Shown here piece after piece: positions 1 to 8,904 of a stretch of 39,747 nt of DNA (its first letter is position 1; each line of letters begins with the position of its first letter). Origin of the DNA: a virus. Lineage: Duplodnaviria; Caudoviricetes. The stretch lies in IMG/VR virus record IMGVR_UViG_3300005058_000160, positions 1 through 39,747 of that record, one strand, 5' to 3'. The notes beneath the pieces were generated by a model, which was given only the letters and a program-made list of their open reading frames with translations, searched no databases and was not told the DNA's origin. A program made the position numbers and the translations under genes.

Positions 1-753
1 GTCGGCATCGACTTCCGGCAGCTTCGGAGCCTGCACCTGCTTGACGGTGATGTCGAACTGGACCGTCTGGCCAGCCAGGTCCTTGGCGTGGTAGTCGGTC
101 GGGAAGGTCAGGTCGAAAGTCTTCGACTCACCGGCCTTGGCGCCTTCGACGGCATTCTCGAAGTCGGGCAGCATCATGCCCTGGCCGAGGACGAACGGGT
201 AGTCATTGGCCTGGCCGCCCTGGAACGGCACGCCATCCTTCTTGCCGAGGAAGTCGATGACGACGCGGTCTTCCTTGGCTGCGGCGCGGTCGGCATCTTC
301 ATAAGAGACACGTTGCTGGCGCAGGATGTCGAGGGTCTTGTCGATTTCGGCGGCGCCGACTTCGAGAACAGGGCGCTCGATTTCGGCGGCCGACAGGTCA
401 CCCGGGGCGAATTCCGGATAGGTTTCGAAAATGGCAGTGAATTCAAGGTGCGTGGTGCTTTCGCTGGTCTTCGGCTCGATGCGCGGATAGCCGGCAACAC
501 GGATCTTCTGCTCGGTCACGGTTTCGCCGAAGACGCGGTCGAGCTGCTCGGACAGCACTTCGTGGCGCGCCTGGTCGCCATACTGCTGCTTGACGATGCT
601 GAACGGCACCTTGCCCGGGCGGAAGCCCGGCATCTTGACATTGCGGCCCGTGCGCTTGAGGCGCTGTTCCACTTCCTTCTCGACATCGGCGATGGCGATG
701 GCGAGGTCGACGCGGCGTTCGAGTTCGTTAGCTTGTGCAGTAGTAGATTCCAT
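1..753 (-). CDS. tig: Trigger factor, N-terminal part (runs off the left edge)
   Basis: Manual translation from ATG at 753: MESTTAQANELERRVDLAIAIADVEKEVEQRLKRTGRNVKMPGFRPGKVP, containing the GFRxGKVP ribosome-binding signature. AAGGA RBS upstream. Absent from the ORF track because no stop codon lies in the window. Confidence 0.95.
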   Translation of the reverse strand, partial: MESTTAQANELERRVDLAIAIADVEKEVEQRLKRTGRNVKMPGFRPGKVPFSIVKQQYGDQARHEVLSEQLDRVFGETVTEQKIRVAGYPRIEPKTSESTTHLEFTAIFETYPEFAPGDLSAAEIERPVLEVGAAEIDKTLDILRQQRVSYEDADRAAAKEDRVVIDFLGKKDGVPFQGGQANDYPFVLGQGMMLPDFENAVEGAKAGESKTFDLTFPTDYHAKDLAGQTVQFDITVKQVQAPKLPEVDAD

Positions 754-859
754 GAGAGTTCCTTGTGACTTCGGAGCCGAAAAATAAAGCCGTCAATTCT
801 ATCACGGACCTCCGGAGCCGCATCAGCGGCCTGTGGCAGCTGAAGATGCACGGAATGGG

Positions 860-895
860 TGGACACTTCCGGCGGAAGTTCGTACAATGCGCGCC
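860..895 (+). promoter_or_regulatory. Sigma70 promoter of tRNA-His
   Basis: TGGACA(860-865)-N17-TACAAT(883-888), followed by a GC-rich discriminator GCGCGCC, typical of stable-RNA promoters. Confidence 0.75.
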
Positions 896-904
896 TTCTT
901 CAGC

Positions 905-981
905 GGCGGCTGTAGCTCAGTTGGTAGAGTCCCGGATTGTGATTCCGGTTGTCGTGGGTTCGAGCCCCATCAGTCGCCCCA
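905..981 (+). tRNA. tRNA-His (GTG), probable prophage integration target
   Basis: Cloverleaf: acceptor GCGGCTG/CAGTCGC, D-arm GCTC/GAGT, anticodon arm CCGGA-TTGTGAT-TCCGG, T-arm GTGGG-TTCGAGC-CCCAT. Discriminator C, encoded CCA and the His-specific G-1 at 905. Confidence 0.97.
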
Positions 982-987
982 GTATTC

Positions 988-1026
988 AAAGCCCCGCGGT
1001 CTATGACTGGCGGGGCTTTTCGTTTT
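988..1026 (+). terminator. Intrinsic terminator after the tRNA, possibly bidirectional
   Basis: AAAGCCCCGC...GCGGGGCTTT stem followed by a T-rich tail; lies between the convergent tRNA and int. Confidence 0.8.
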
Positions 1027-1060
1027 CCGGGCTGTATGCGCGCCGGATGCCTGGTCCAAA

Positions 1061-1094
1061 TTTCCTAAGATGAAATGCCGGTTTTCCTAAGATG
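1061..1094. repeat. 12-bp direct repeat TTTCCTAAGATG x2, candidate integrase arm-type sites
   Basis: Identical copies at 1061-1072 and 1083-1094 (22-bp period) between the tRNA and the int stop codon. Confidence 0.65.
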
Positions 1095-1115
1095 GGGACA
1101 CTGGCGGGGACAGTT

Positions 1116-2144
1116 TTACTTCACGGCGAGTGATTTGCGGACTCGGCGGCGGTCATAGACGCGCTTCACGGTCGATTCCAGGCGGTGGCCTGTCAGGTCG
1201 CTGGAGCGGCGGCCTTGGTCTTCCATGTCGGTTGTCGCCTTGGCGCGCAGGTCGTGGAAGGTGAAGCGTTCGTGGCCGAGGGCTGTCCATTCGCCCATGC
1301 GGCGGTGCCATAGGGCTTTGAAACCGGAGGACGTGTAGGGTTGGCCGGACTGGTTATGGATGACGTAGATCGGGTCGGTGGTCGACGGCATGTCGATCGC
1401 TTCCTGCACCGCACGGCGCAGGCGCTTGGTCCAGAGCACCAGGGTGGCGGCGCCGCGTTTGCGCTTGCCGAATGCGATGCCTTCGCGCAGCAGCTGGCTG
1501 CGGGTCAGCGTCAGGATCTGGCCCTGGGCCTTGCCGGTGAGGTAGGCGATGTAGCCGGCCAGCGCGATCCGCTTGCCGGCGTCGCCGTGGCGCCAGCAAT
1601 ACTTCATGAACGAGCGCAGTTCGCTATCCAGTATCAGGCGATCGCGCGGTGTTTCGTCGTTTCGCTCGACGCCGATGCAGGGATTGCGCTCGATCAGGCC
1701 GGCGCCGAGCAGGCCGTTGAACATGGTCGACAGCAGGGTGATTTCGCGGTTGGCGCGCACCGGGCTCTCGGCGCCGCGGTATTTGTGCAGGTAGAGCCAG
1801 ACGTGGGGCGATTTGACGGCCTCGGGGCGCATCTTGCCGAAGGCGTCCTTGAGGTTTATCACCTCGGATTCGTTGTCCTTCAGGGTGCGGGCGGACAGCT
1901 TGCCGGCGCGGACCAGCTTGCGCCTGGTGGCGATCAGATCGTCCAGGTGGTCGGCGACGGTGCCGGGTTCAGGCGCTTCGCCTTCCAGCTCGAGGAGCAG
2001 CTTCTTTGCCTCGCGCAGATCCTTGCCGAGGTTGATGTATTTGTTGTGCCGGTCGATCGTGTAGTAGGTCGTCGTCCGCTTGCCCTCGTAGACGTACAGC
2101 CGGCTCATGCCGATCTCCAGATTGCTCTTCCTTCGCCCCACCAT
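1116..2144 (-). CDS. int: Tyrosine recombinase / phage integrase
   Basis: FHDLRAK (H-x-x-R), LTGH and the catalytic Tyr in VKRVYDR; located next to a tRNA. Confidence 0.92.
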   Translation of the reverse strand: MVGRRKSNLEIGMSRLYVYEGKRTTTYYTIDRHNKYINLGKDLREAKKLLLELEGEAPEPGTVADHLDDLIATRRKLVRAGKLSARTLKDNESEVINLKDAFGKMRPEAVKSPHVWLYLHKYRGAESPVRANREITLLSTMFNGLLGAGLIERNPCIGVERNDETPRDRLILDSELRSFMKYCWRHGDAGKRIALAGYIAYLTGKAQGQILTLTRSQLLREGIAFGKRKRGAATLVLWTKRLRRAVQEAIDMPSTTDPIYVIHNQSGQPYTSSGFKALWHRRMGEWTALGHERFTFHDLRAKATTDMEDQGRRSSDLTGHRLESTVKRVYDRRRVRKSLAVK

Positions 2145-2373
2145 TGCGCGCCACCCAGCGTGAAAAATCAGGTTCCAGTTGTTCGTTCGGGGCGGTCGTT
2201 GCCGTCCCTGTTCCCAGCTTGTAATCGTAGAAGGCCTTGGAGACCTTCGGCCGTCCGGCCGCCGATACGGCGAACTTCCAGCCGTTTTCCTTCAGCCAGG
2301 CGATCTGCTTGGACGGCAGCTGGCGGTCGGTCAGGGCGGCAATCTCGGCCGGTTCGAGGAAGGTGCTACTCAT
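1969..2373 (-). CDS. Excisionase-like (DUF4224-type) protein
   Basis: MSSTFLEPAEIAALTDRQLPSKQIAWLKENGWKFAVSAAGRPKV...EPDFS, directly upstream of int. The frame stays open 176 nt into int. Confidence 0.7.
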   Translation of the reverse strand: MSSTFLEPAEIAALTDRQLPSKQIAWLKENGWKFAVSAAGRPKVSKAFYDYKLGTGTATTAPNEQLEPDFSRWVARNGGAKEEQSGDRHEPAVRLRGQADDDLLHDRPAQQIHQPRQGSARGKEAAPRAGRRSA

Positions 2374-2605
2374 GCCCGGCATCGTCAAGCAGCGAGCACC
2401 GCACCACGTTCCGCCAGCCGTCGATCATGCCTTCGGCGTGCAGATCCTTGATGAACTGGACGGCCTCCGGCATGTGGCCGACGACAGCGGCGCGGGTTTC
2501 TGCCACGCGCTGCTGTTCGGCATCGGTCAGCGCCCTGGAAGGCGAAGGCGCCGCGGCTTTCGCCACGGGCGCGGCCCGGCCTTTCTGGGCGGCGTAGGAT
2601 GTCAT
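2366..2605 (-). CDS. Hypothetical phage protein (79 aa)
   Basis: Starts MTSYAAQK; ATGA-coupled to the upstream ORF and overlaps the next start. Confidence 0.65.
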   Translation of the reverse strand: MTSYAAQKGRAAPVAKAAAPSPSRALTDAEQQRVAETRAAVVGHMPEAVQFIKDLHAEGMIDGWRNVVRCSLLDDAGHE

Positions 2606-2685
2606 CGGCGCCAAATCCAGACCAGGAAGGCTGCGCCGAGCCAGAAGGCAGCAATGTCAGGCCAGTCGGTGACGATGGTGATCAT
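2602..2685 (-). CDS. 27-aa hydrophobic peptide
   Basis: MITIVTDWPDIAAFWLGAAFLVWIWRR; ATGA overlaps at both ends, GGAGG RBS. Confidence 0.6.
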   Translation of the reverse strand: MITIVTDWPDIAAFWLGAAFLVWIWRR

Positions 2686-3281
2686 GCTTCCTCCAGGCGC
2701 AACTGGCGCTCTTGCGCTGCCCGAATTCTCAGACGGGCGGCCGCTTGCTCTGCGTTCATCGCCGCCGACCTGGCCGATATCGTTCCGTTATATAGCTCGA
2801 CGTTGGAACCCACTACCACGAAGCCCAATCGGCTCCGCTGTAGCGCGTCCAGGTTGTCGGCGCCGTATGCCACCAGGGCAATCGGTGCGCCGGAATTGAA
2901 CGGCGCTCTCCGGCCGTCCACGTAATGGAAGTGCGGACGGCCCCGGAGGAACAGCACGCCGTCTGCCGCTCCCCATACCGTTTCGTAGAACATCGCGGTT
3001 TCCGTCCGCGCCGGGATCAGTGCCACCCCGTTTCCGTGGTCGCGCATGCGCCGCAGCCACTTCACCGCCGCGCGGCCAAATGGCGGGTTGCACCACACCC
3101 GCCCCGCCCACGGCAGCGCCAGTCCGTCGTCTGCTACCGTGTAGTGCCGGGCCGCCGTGTTCCAAGGGCGCACCACTGGCGCGCATGGGTCAAGATCAAA
3201 TTCGCCAAGCGCGCGCAGGATCTCCGGTGGCGTCAGCCACTCGTCATGCCCGCCGTTTTTCTGGTGTGCGCTCAGTCCCAT
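2682..3281 (-). CDS. Phage N6-adenine DNA methyltransferase (small T1-Dam-like family)
   Basis: DEWLTP, FDLDPCA, VWCNPPF and LIPARTET motifs. Start reassigned to MGLSAHQ at 3281. Confidence 0.85.
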   Translation of the reverse strand: MGLSAHQKNGGHDEWLTPPEILRALGEFDLDPCAPVVRPWNTAARHYTVADDGLALPWAGRVWCNPPFGRAAVKWLRRMRDHGNGVALIPARTETAMFYETVWGAADGVLFLRGRPHFHYVDGRRAPFNSGAPIALVAYGADNLDALQRSRLGFVVVGSNVELYNGTISARSAAMNAEQAAARLRIRAAQERQLRLEEA

Positions 3282-3400
3282 GTATGCCCCGTGTATTCCA
3301 ACAAGCGGCCCTGTTCGCGTTTCTTCTTGCGCTCGAAAGCCATGGCCTTCCGGTTGGAAAGCGTCAGGCCGTCGAGCGGTTGGCGGCGGCGGAATCTCAT
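3272..3400 (-). CDS. Small basic hypothetical protein (42 aa)
   Basis: MRFRRRQPLDGLTLSNRKAMAFERKKKREQGRLLEYTGHTWD; fills the gap with overlapping start and stop codons. Confidence 0.45.
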   Translation of the reverse strand: MRFRRRQPLDGLTLSNRKAMAFERKKKREQGRLLEYTGHTWD

Positions 3401-3609
3401 TTCGGACCACCCGGCATGTGCGCCCAGAATGCCGGCGCAGGGGCCGGCATCCCGTCGGCCGAGAACCAGCGCTCGCCATCGGTGTAGCCCGGCCAGGTTG
3501 GCTCATCGGAGGCATCCTGCCAGCAGCAGAGGACAGTTGTATCGGCGTCCGGGAGGCGCTCCGAAGCCTCGGCCCAGTGGATCTTCTCGATCATGGAAAG
3601 GAGGCTCAT
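3397..3609 (-). CDS. DUF551-like phage protein (70 aa)
   Basis: W..ASERLP...W...FWAHMPGGP pattern; C-terminal part of the 679-aa track ORF, ATGA-coupled to the C5 methyltransferase stop. Confidence 0.65.
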   Translation of the reverse strand: MSLLSMIEKIHWAEASERLPDADTTVLCCWQDASDEPTWPGYTDGERWFSADGMPAPAPAFWAHMPGGPK

Positions 3610-5420
3610 TGCTGCACTCCCTGCGCCACAGCCAGCGCCAGCGCCACCGGCTGCACCCAGATCGGCGCGGACGACAGCAGGAAGGTTTCGCCCGACCAGG
3701 CGAGCAGCAGGGTCTGGTACATGGTGCTGGCGATGGCTTCGGCGGCGGCCGGGGGGACGGCGTTGCCGATGCGTTCGCGCCAGTCGCTGTCGTTGAGGCC
3801 GTCTAGCTCGAGGTATTCCTCCGGCTCGATGATGGACTGCATGGCGGCCAGTTCCAGCGTGGTGAAGGGGCGGTGCCAGGTGTTGTCCTGGGCGCGGATG
3901 ACGGCGACGAGCTTGTCGGTGGCGGCCGGCAGGCGGTGGTCGGCGACGGACCAGAAGCCGTTGTCGTGGCAGGCGGCCGAGGAGACGGCACCGCTGGTGT
4001 CTTGCCAGCGCCGGACGCCGTAGTGACCGCCGGTAAGGTAGTGGTCGCCGGCTTGCGGGATGCCGTTGGGGCGCGGGTCGGCGACGGCGTAGGCTCCGTT
4101 GGCGTTGCCGGCGATGACCGTGCGGCTGAACTCGTCCCAGCGCTCGACCTTGTATTTGCCGTGCAGCATGGCCGGGTCGGTGGCGCCGCGCGGATCCGCA
4201 ACGCACTGGCCGCTGCCGTGGGCGCTGGTGACCGCCTGAGCAGCGCGGTCGAAGGGCACGATGCGGAATTCGTTGCTGTGCTTTGCCGGCCCCTGGTGGC
4301 GCGGGTCGGCAACGCTGAACGTGCCTTGCCCGGGCGACTTGACGTTGATGACGGCGCCGGCCGTGTCTTCCATGCGCATCACGCCGTACTGCGAGTATTC
4401 CAGGGAGCCGGCTGGCGGGCGCGGATCGGCGATCGAGAAAGCGCCGTTGGTCGCCCGGCTGCTTCCGGCGACGGTACCGGCGGTTTCGTCCCAGCGCTGC
4501 ACGCCGAGGTATCCGTTGTGGTAGGCAGGAACGATCAGGTAATCGCGCAGATGGCCATCCTCGACCGCCAGCCGGTTCAGGCTGCGCCAGTCGCTGCCGG
4601 CTTCGACGAAGGCAAGGCGGACCCAGGTCTTCCACTGCAGCTGCGGGATGCGGTGCATCGGGCCGCCGGTCGGGTCGCCGGGCAGCGGCATGCGATCGAG
4701 GACCGTGCCGACCGCCTGCAGCCGCTTCTTCGGCGGTTCGTAGAGGAAGGGCGGCACCTTGTCCATGTGCCGGGCGACGAGCAGGAAGCGCTTGCGGCTC
4801 TGGGCCAGGGCGCCGATCTCGCCGCAGTCGTGGGTGGTTTCGGCGACCGCGTAGCCGTAGTGGCGAAGCAGGCCGACGATCTGGTCGAGCAGGTGGCGGC
4901 CGCGGTTGGCGATGCGCGGCACGTTCTCGAAGACGATCAGCCCGGGCGGGTGGTCCTTGAAAGCTTCGAGCATCAGCCAGACGCCGCGCAGGGTCAGGCG
5001 GTTGAGCGCCTGGTACTTGTCGGTCTTGCTCTTGGTCTCGTTGAGCAGTCCGGAGAAGCCCTTGCACGGCGCCGACAGGAAGACGATGTGCGGGAACTCG
5101 TGGCCGGCGGCCTGGCGAATGTCCTCCGGCGTCGCCTCGCGCCAGCCGGCGGGCGGCTGGTGTCCGTGGAAGGCTTCGTACTGGTCGCGGTCGAAGAGGT
5201 CCAGCGTGGTGGCATCGACGCCGACCAGGCGCTTGAAATCGCGGTTGGCGGCCGGATCGACATCGACCGAGCCGATGCAGCGCGGCCTGGCGACCATGTT
5301 GCCGACGCGGGCCTTTCCGCGCTGGAAGCCCTTGGCGCCGCCTCCGATGGCGCCGAACAGGTGGAAGTGGCGGATCTCGCGGATTTCGGGCGGGTTGAAG
5401 GTGAATTGGTCGCGGTTCAT
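3606..5420 (-). CDS. C5-cytosine DNA methyltransferase with a repeated target-recognition region
   Basis: Motif I-like HLFGAIGGG, motif [10 protein letters not shown], motif VI FENVP, motif VIII QSRKR, motif X RIGNAVPP. Confidence 0.9.
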   Translation of the reverse strand: MNRDQFTFNPPEIREIRHFHLFGAIGGGAKGFQRGKARVGNMVARPRCIGSVDVDPAANRDFKRLVGVDATTLDLFDRDQYEAFHGHQPPAGWREATPEDIRQAAGHEFPHIVFLSAPCKGFSGLLNETKSKTDKYQALNRLTLRGVWLMLEAFKDHPPGLIVFENVPRIANRGRHLLDQIVGLLRHYGYAVAETTHDCGEIGALAQSRKRFLLVARHMDKVPPFLYEPPKKRLQAVGTVLDRMPLPGDPTGGPMHRIPQLQWKTWVRLAFVEAGSDWRSLNRLAVEDGHLRDYLIVPAYHNGYLGVQRWDETAGTVAGSSRATNGAFSIADPRPPAGSLEYSQYGVMRMEDTAGAVINVKSPGQGTFSVADPRHQGPAKHSNEFRIVPFDRAAQAVTSAHGSGQCVADPRGATDPAMLHGKYKVERWDEFSRTVIAGNANGAYAVADPRPNGIPQAGDHYLTGGHYGVRRWQDTSGAVSSAACHDNGFWSVADHRLPAATDKLVAVIRAQDNTWHRPFTTLELAAMQSIIEPEEYLELDGLNDSDWRERIGNAVPPAAAEAIASTMYQTLLLAWSGETFLLSSAPIWVQPVALALAVAQGVQQ

Positions 5421-6040
5421 GCTTCGCCGCCTTCACTCTCGACTGCTTCGCCGAGGCTGCCGGCAGGGTAGAAGATGGTCGCCGGAACTGCCGTGCTGTC
5501 CAGAATACTGGCGCCGACGATCTCGAAGTAGCGATCGAGGAATTCCGCCTTTGCCTGGAACGGAGTCAATGGTTTGATCCGAGCAAGAAGCGGCGTCACC
5601 TTGGCGATCAGCGCCCACTCGTCGTCATGCGGTGCCATCAGGTCGCGCTGCTCGGTGGCCAGCATGATGATGTCCGCCTCTTTCACCGACGGCGGGATAG
5701 AGTCGAAGCCAAAGCGGGAAAAGACCGCGGCTTCGACGCGCTTTTCGATTTCCTTGTAGTCGGGCAGGAGCTGCTTCAACGGGCGAGAAACATCGCCGAT
5801 GAAGGCCTCGGCTGCATCGTGCAGCAGCCCGGCCAAAGCATCGGCCGGCGGCACGATCTTGGAAACCATGACCGAGTGCTGGGCAACTGAATAGAAGTGC
5901 TGGGTGTGGCCAGCGAAGCGGCAGACATGCGAAAGCGCGTGTGCCACGTCCTCGATGCCGAAGGTGCTGTTCTGCGGTTGCAGAAAATCAAAGTAGTGGC
6001 CAGACACCGTCAGGATGTCGGGGCGGATGCTGTGTCTCAT
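5417..6040 (-). CDS. HD-domain phosphohydrolase (YfbR/YfdR-like nucleotidase)
   Basis: [15 protein letters not shown]...YSVAQHSV...LLHDAAEA. Start reassigned to MRHSIRP at 6040. Confidence 0.85.
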   Translation of the reverse strand: MRHSIRPDILTVSGHYFDFLQPQNSTFGIEDVAHALSHVCRFAGHTQHFYSVAQHSVMVSKIVPPADALAGLLHDAAEAFIGDVSRPLKQLLPDYKEIEKRVEAAVFSRFGFDSIPPSVKEADIIMLATEQRDLMAPHDDEWALIAKVTPLLARIKPLTPFQAKAEFLDRYFEIVGASILDSTAVPATIFYPAGSLGEAVESEGGEA

Positions 6041-6384
6041 CAGAAAAGCTCCAGTGTTTTTGTGCAGCGAGGCGCCGGGATCGGTTCGCCGGCGGGGATG
6101 AAGGCGGTGCAGCAGGGCTGGCCGTCCTTGCCGTACTGCCATTCGGTGGGGTATTCGGCGTCCTCGACGTCGTAGGCGAAGGTGTTGGCGATGATGTCGC
6201 AGCGCTCGGTGTCGTCGCAGTCGTCGAAGTTGGCGCCTTCGCGCATGGCCTTGTCGCGCTGGCAGTGGCAGCACCAGGCGGCGAAGAAGCACTCGCCTTC
6301 GGTGCCGTTGATGGGCCGGTACTTCTCGCCGGCGTGCTTGACGTAGAGGGCGGCCAGGCGCTCGGGGAAGATGGCTTGGTTCAT
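6040..6384 (-). CDS. Cys-rich hypothetical protein (possible metal binding)
   Basis: Starts [10 protein letters not shown]; contains WCCHC, C-x5-C and CCTAF; coupled to both neighbours. Confidence 0.7.
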   Translation of the reverse strand: MNQAIFPERLAALYVKHAGEKYRPINGTEGECFFAAWCCHCQRDKAMREGANFDDCDDTERCDIIANTFAYDVEDAEYPTEWQYGKDGQPCCTAFIPAGEPIPAPRCTKTLELF

Positions 6385-6647
6385 GACTTCCTCCCGAACT
6401 TCCTGGCCATCCACGGATGGATGGCCATGGAGACGAGGATCCCGACCGGCCCGCCGATGCAGTAGGCGGCGACTTCCAGCCAGCCGGTGGGGCCGGGCAT
6501 GGTCTTGAGGACGATGATGTTGGCGCTGCTGATGCCGAGGCTCGTGACGGCCGCCATCAGCTTGTGGCCGCCGTTGACGTTCAGGCTCTGCAGGCCAAGG
6601 AAGAGCACCAGGAAGAAGGTCGCGGCGAAGAGGGCAAGGGCGGTCAT
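6381..6647 (-). CDS. Small membrane protein (about 3 TM segments)
   Basis: [24 protein letters not shown]...; hydrophobic; ATGA coupling. Confidence 0.7.
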   Translation of the reverse strand: MTALALFAATFFLVLFLGLQSLNVNGGHKLMAAVTSLGISSANIIVLKTMPGPTGWLEVAAYCIGGPVGILVSMAIHPWMARKFGRKS

Positions 6648-7102
6648 GTGCGGACACCCATGATGGCGGCCAGCAGCGGGTCGTTGCCGCGCGGCAGCTT
6701 CCCCTGGCGGGCCATGCGCTTGACGCGGCACTGGCGGTCGATGCGCAGGGCCTGTTCGTAATTCCGGGCGCGCCAGCGCTGGCAGACGTAGGCGTTGGCC
6801 AGCCGTGCCGGGCGAGGCATGTCCACGCCCGGGCCGAAGGCGACGACCTTGGTCATCGGGCCGCGGGCACCGTTGCGCGTCCAGCCGACGATATGGACCT
6901 TGCCGGCGGCGTGCAGCTCGCAGATGGCCTCGTTGGCCGAGGTGAGGTGCCAGCCAAGGAGCGCAGCTGCCGCGTGCTTGCTCAGTCGCTCGCCGGCGAC
7001 CAGGGCGCGCCAGAGCAGGATCTTGTTCGCAGAGCGGAGGAAGGATTCCGGCATGTCGATGCCGTTGTGGCGTTCCAGCGCCAGGCGCTGTTCTTTGGTC
7101 AT
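6644..7102 (-). CDS. Hypothetical protein, possible winged-helix DNA binder
   Basis: LSKHAAAALLGWHLTSANEAICELHAAGKVHI resembles a winged HTH. Confidence 0.6.
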   Translation of the reverse strand: MTKEQRLALERHNGIDMPESFLRSANKILLWRALVAGERLSKHAAAALLGWHLTSANEAICELHAAGKVHIVGWTRNGARGPMTKVVAFGPGVDMPRPARLANAYVCQRWRARNYEQALRIDRQCRVKRMARQGKLPRGNDPLLAAIMGVRT

Positions 7103-7527
7103 GCTGCCATCCTTTCCCGATATTCCGCCCGGGCTTTGCTGAGCGCAGCCTCGGCGTCGATGAACAGGCTGCCGGGCTGGCGTTTCCAGAAGTCCTCGGC
7201 GACGTCGACCAGGGCGTAGAGGGCCTGCAGCTCGTCGCCGGTGGCGCCGAGGCGGGACTTGGCCAGGTAGCGGTCCTTGATGTTCTGCAGGGCGATCAGG
7301 CCGATTTCGCAGACGGCCAGGGTCTGCTTGTCGTTCTTCTCGGCAGCGGCCAGCGCCAGCATGTCGCGGCAGTCGGCGAGCACGTCGAAATGGCTGACGG
7401 CGGCCCAGCCGGCGCGGATGGCTTCGACGGCCATGCGCTCCTGGGTGCTGACCTCGGGGTTGAGGTAGTAGGCGACCAACGTCGGCGCGGCCTCGCGCCG
7501 ATGGGTACGGCGGCAGCGCTTACGCAT
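7099..7527 (-). CDS. Hypothetical phage protein
   Basis: Starts MRKRCRR after GGAGG; ATGA coupling. Confidence 0.65.
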   Translation of the reverse strand: MRKRCRRTHRREAAPTLVAYYLNPEVSTQERMAVEAIRAGWAAVSHFDVLADCRDMLALAAAEKNDKQTLAVCEIGLIALQNIKDRYLAKSRLGATGDELQALYALVDVAEDFWKRQPGSLFIDAEAALSKARAEYRERMAA

Positions 7528-7774
7528 GGTGGCGTCCTCCGAAGACGGTGCGGTCGCCGGTACCCATGTCGATGCCGATCCCGACGGGTTGCGAGTCATG
7601 GACGATATCGGCGGCGCCGATGCGCATGGCTTCCAGCGTCATGGCGGCGCGGGCGATGGGCAGCCAGTCCGGGTCGCCGGCGGCTTCCAGGCGGTCGCCG
7701 ATGGCCTGCAGGTTGCGGACGTGCCCGGCGATCTGCTCGGGCGTCAAGTGATTGATGGCGGATGGCATGTTCAC
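7520..7774 (-). CDS. Hypothetical protein (84 aa)
   Basis: Coupled ORF within the operon; GAGGA RBS. Confidence 0.55.
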   Translation of the reverse strand: MNMPSAINHLTPEQIAGHVRNLQAIGDRLEAAGDPDWLPIARAAMTLEAMRIGAADIVHDSQPVGIGIDMGTGDRTVFGGRHHA

Positions 7775-7944
7775 TCCTCGAGTTCGATGACGACGGCGGT
7801 ACCGTAGGCCTCGGAATTGGCCTCGGCGATGCCGGTGACGGCGACGAGCATGGGCAGGCCGGTTTCCGGATCGGTGATCTGGACGTAGGGCGTCGAGCTG
7901 CCCGGGCGCTGCTGCAGCAGGGCGATGAGGTCGGCGTTTTTCAT
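7771..7944 (-). CDS. Hypothetical protein (57 aa)
   Basis: Starts MKNADLIALLQQ; TGATG coupling to the upstream stop. Confidence 0.55.
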   Translation of the reverse strand: MKNADLIALLQQRPGSSTPYVQITDPETGLPMLVAVTGIAEANSEAYGTAVVIELEE

Positions 7945-8405
7945 CACGCAGCCCTCCGCTTCTTCTCCAGCTTCCAGTCGCGGATGATCTGTTCGAACAA
8001 GGCGCCGCCCTTCTCGAAGAACTGGTGCGGTTCGCGGTTGGTCGCCTGGCACAGGCGCATGCAGTTGAGGGCGTGCTCGAAGTTGCCGGCGTCGAGCAGC
8101 TTGAGGTCGCTGACGTCGAACTTGACGCGCATTCCGTTGTACATGCTGGCGAGCATGGTGGCGAAGACGCGGGCGCCGCTGGTGTCGTGCTTGAGCGCCC
8201 AATTGACGGCGATCTCCAGCGACTTCAGGCAGTCGTCGAGGCGGGCCTTGCGGGCGGCTTCGGCCTTCTCGAAGGTGTCGCTATCCATCCAGGCGTGCAG
8301 CTTGGGCAGGTCGGCGCGGGGCAGCGTGACGGACACGCGCACCATGCCGTCGCGCTGGCTGTCGAGATGGTCCTCGAGGGGGATGATCTTGATTTCGGTG
8401 CTCAT
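7944..8405 (-). CDS. Conserved-looking phage hypothetical protein
   Basis: Starts MSTEIKIIP after GAGG; contains DTSGARVFATMLASMYNG...FDVSDLKLLD...EPH. Confidence 0.7.
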   Translation of the reverse strand: MSTEIKIIPLEDHLDSQRDGMVRVSVTLPRADLPKLHAWMDSDTFEKAEAARKARLDDCLKSLEIAVNWALKHDTSGARVFATMLASMYNGMRVKFDVSDLKLLDAGNFEHALNCMRLCQATNREPHQFFEKGGALFEQIIRDWKLEKKRRAA

Positions 8406-8866
8406 GCGGCCACCTCGCTCGGCTCGTTGCTGGCGGCTTCGGCGATCTCCATTGCCAGGCCCATGAACTGGCTGTCGCGGTCGCCGTGGATGGCGAAGTG
8501 GGCGATGCATTCAATGGCGACGCGTTTGTTGTGCTCGTCGCAGTATTGGAAGATGCGGCGCAGGCTGACGGGTTCGGCCTCGCTGTAGAGGTTGAGCACC
8601 AGCAGGCGCAGGCGGGCGCCGGCCGGGGAGTCGGCCATGATCTCCCGGCGGTAGCGCAGGAAGGGGCTGGCGGCTTTCTGCTCGGCCTGCACCTGGGCGG
8701 CGGCATCGGTGAGCGTGTCGAAGGCGGTGACGGCCGTGTGGACCTGGTCGGCGTCGCCTTCGCCCCAGGCGGCGGTCAGGGTGCCGTCGTGCATCAGGCT
8801 CTGGATGTTGGCGGCGGCGCCGAGCAGGCGCTGCAGCTTGTGGCGGGTGACGATGGTGTTGCTCAT
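8402..8866 (-). CDS. Hypothetical protein, possibly a distant paralog of the downstream gene
   Basis: Starts MSNTIVT after AAGGAG; C-terminal 154 aa of the 545-aa track ORF. Confidence 0.7.
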   Translation of the reverse strand: MSNTIVTRHKLQRLLGAAANIQSLMHDGTLTAAWGEGDADQVHTAVTAFDTLTDAAAQVQAEQKAASPFLRYRREIMADSPAGARLRLLVLNLYSEAEPVSLRRIFQYCDEHNKRVAIECIAHFAIHGDRDSQFMGLAMEIAEAASNEPSEVAA

Positions 8867-8904
8867 GGTGGGCTCCTTGGTTGGTGAAACGGGGTGGGTG
8901 CGGC

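Noticed and set aside
765..1073. 102-aa ORF
   Set aside because: It spans the tRNA, its promoter and its terminator; spurious.
3397..5436. 679-aa Arg/Pro-rich ORF overlapping the C5 methyltransferase
   Set aside because: Off-frame shadow. Only the last 70 codons, which have their own RBS and ATG, look like a real gene. The same applies to the N-terminal extensions of 8402-10039, 22383-23813, 24870-25634 and 26808-27671.
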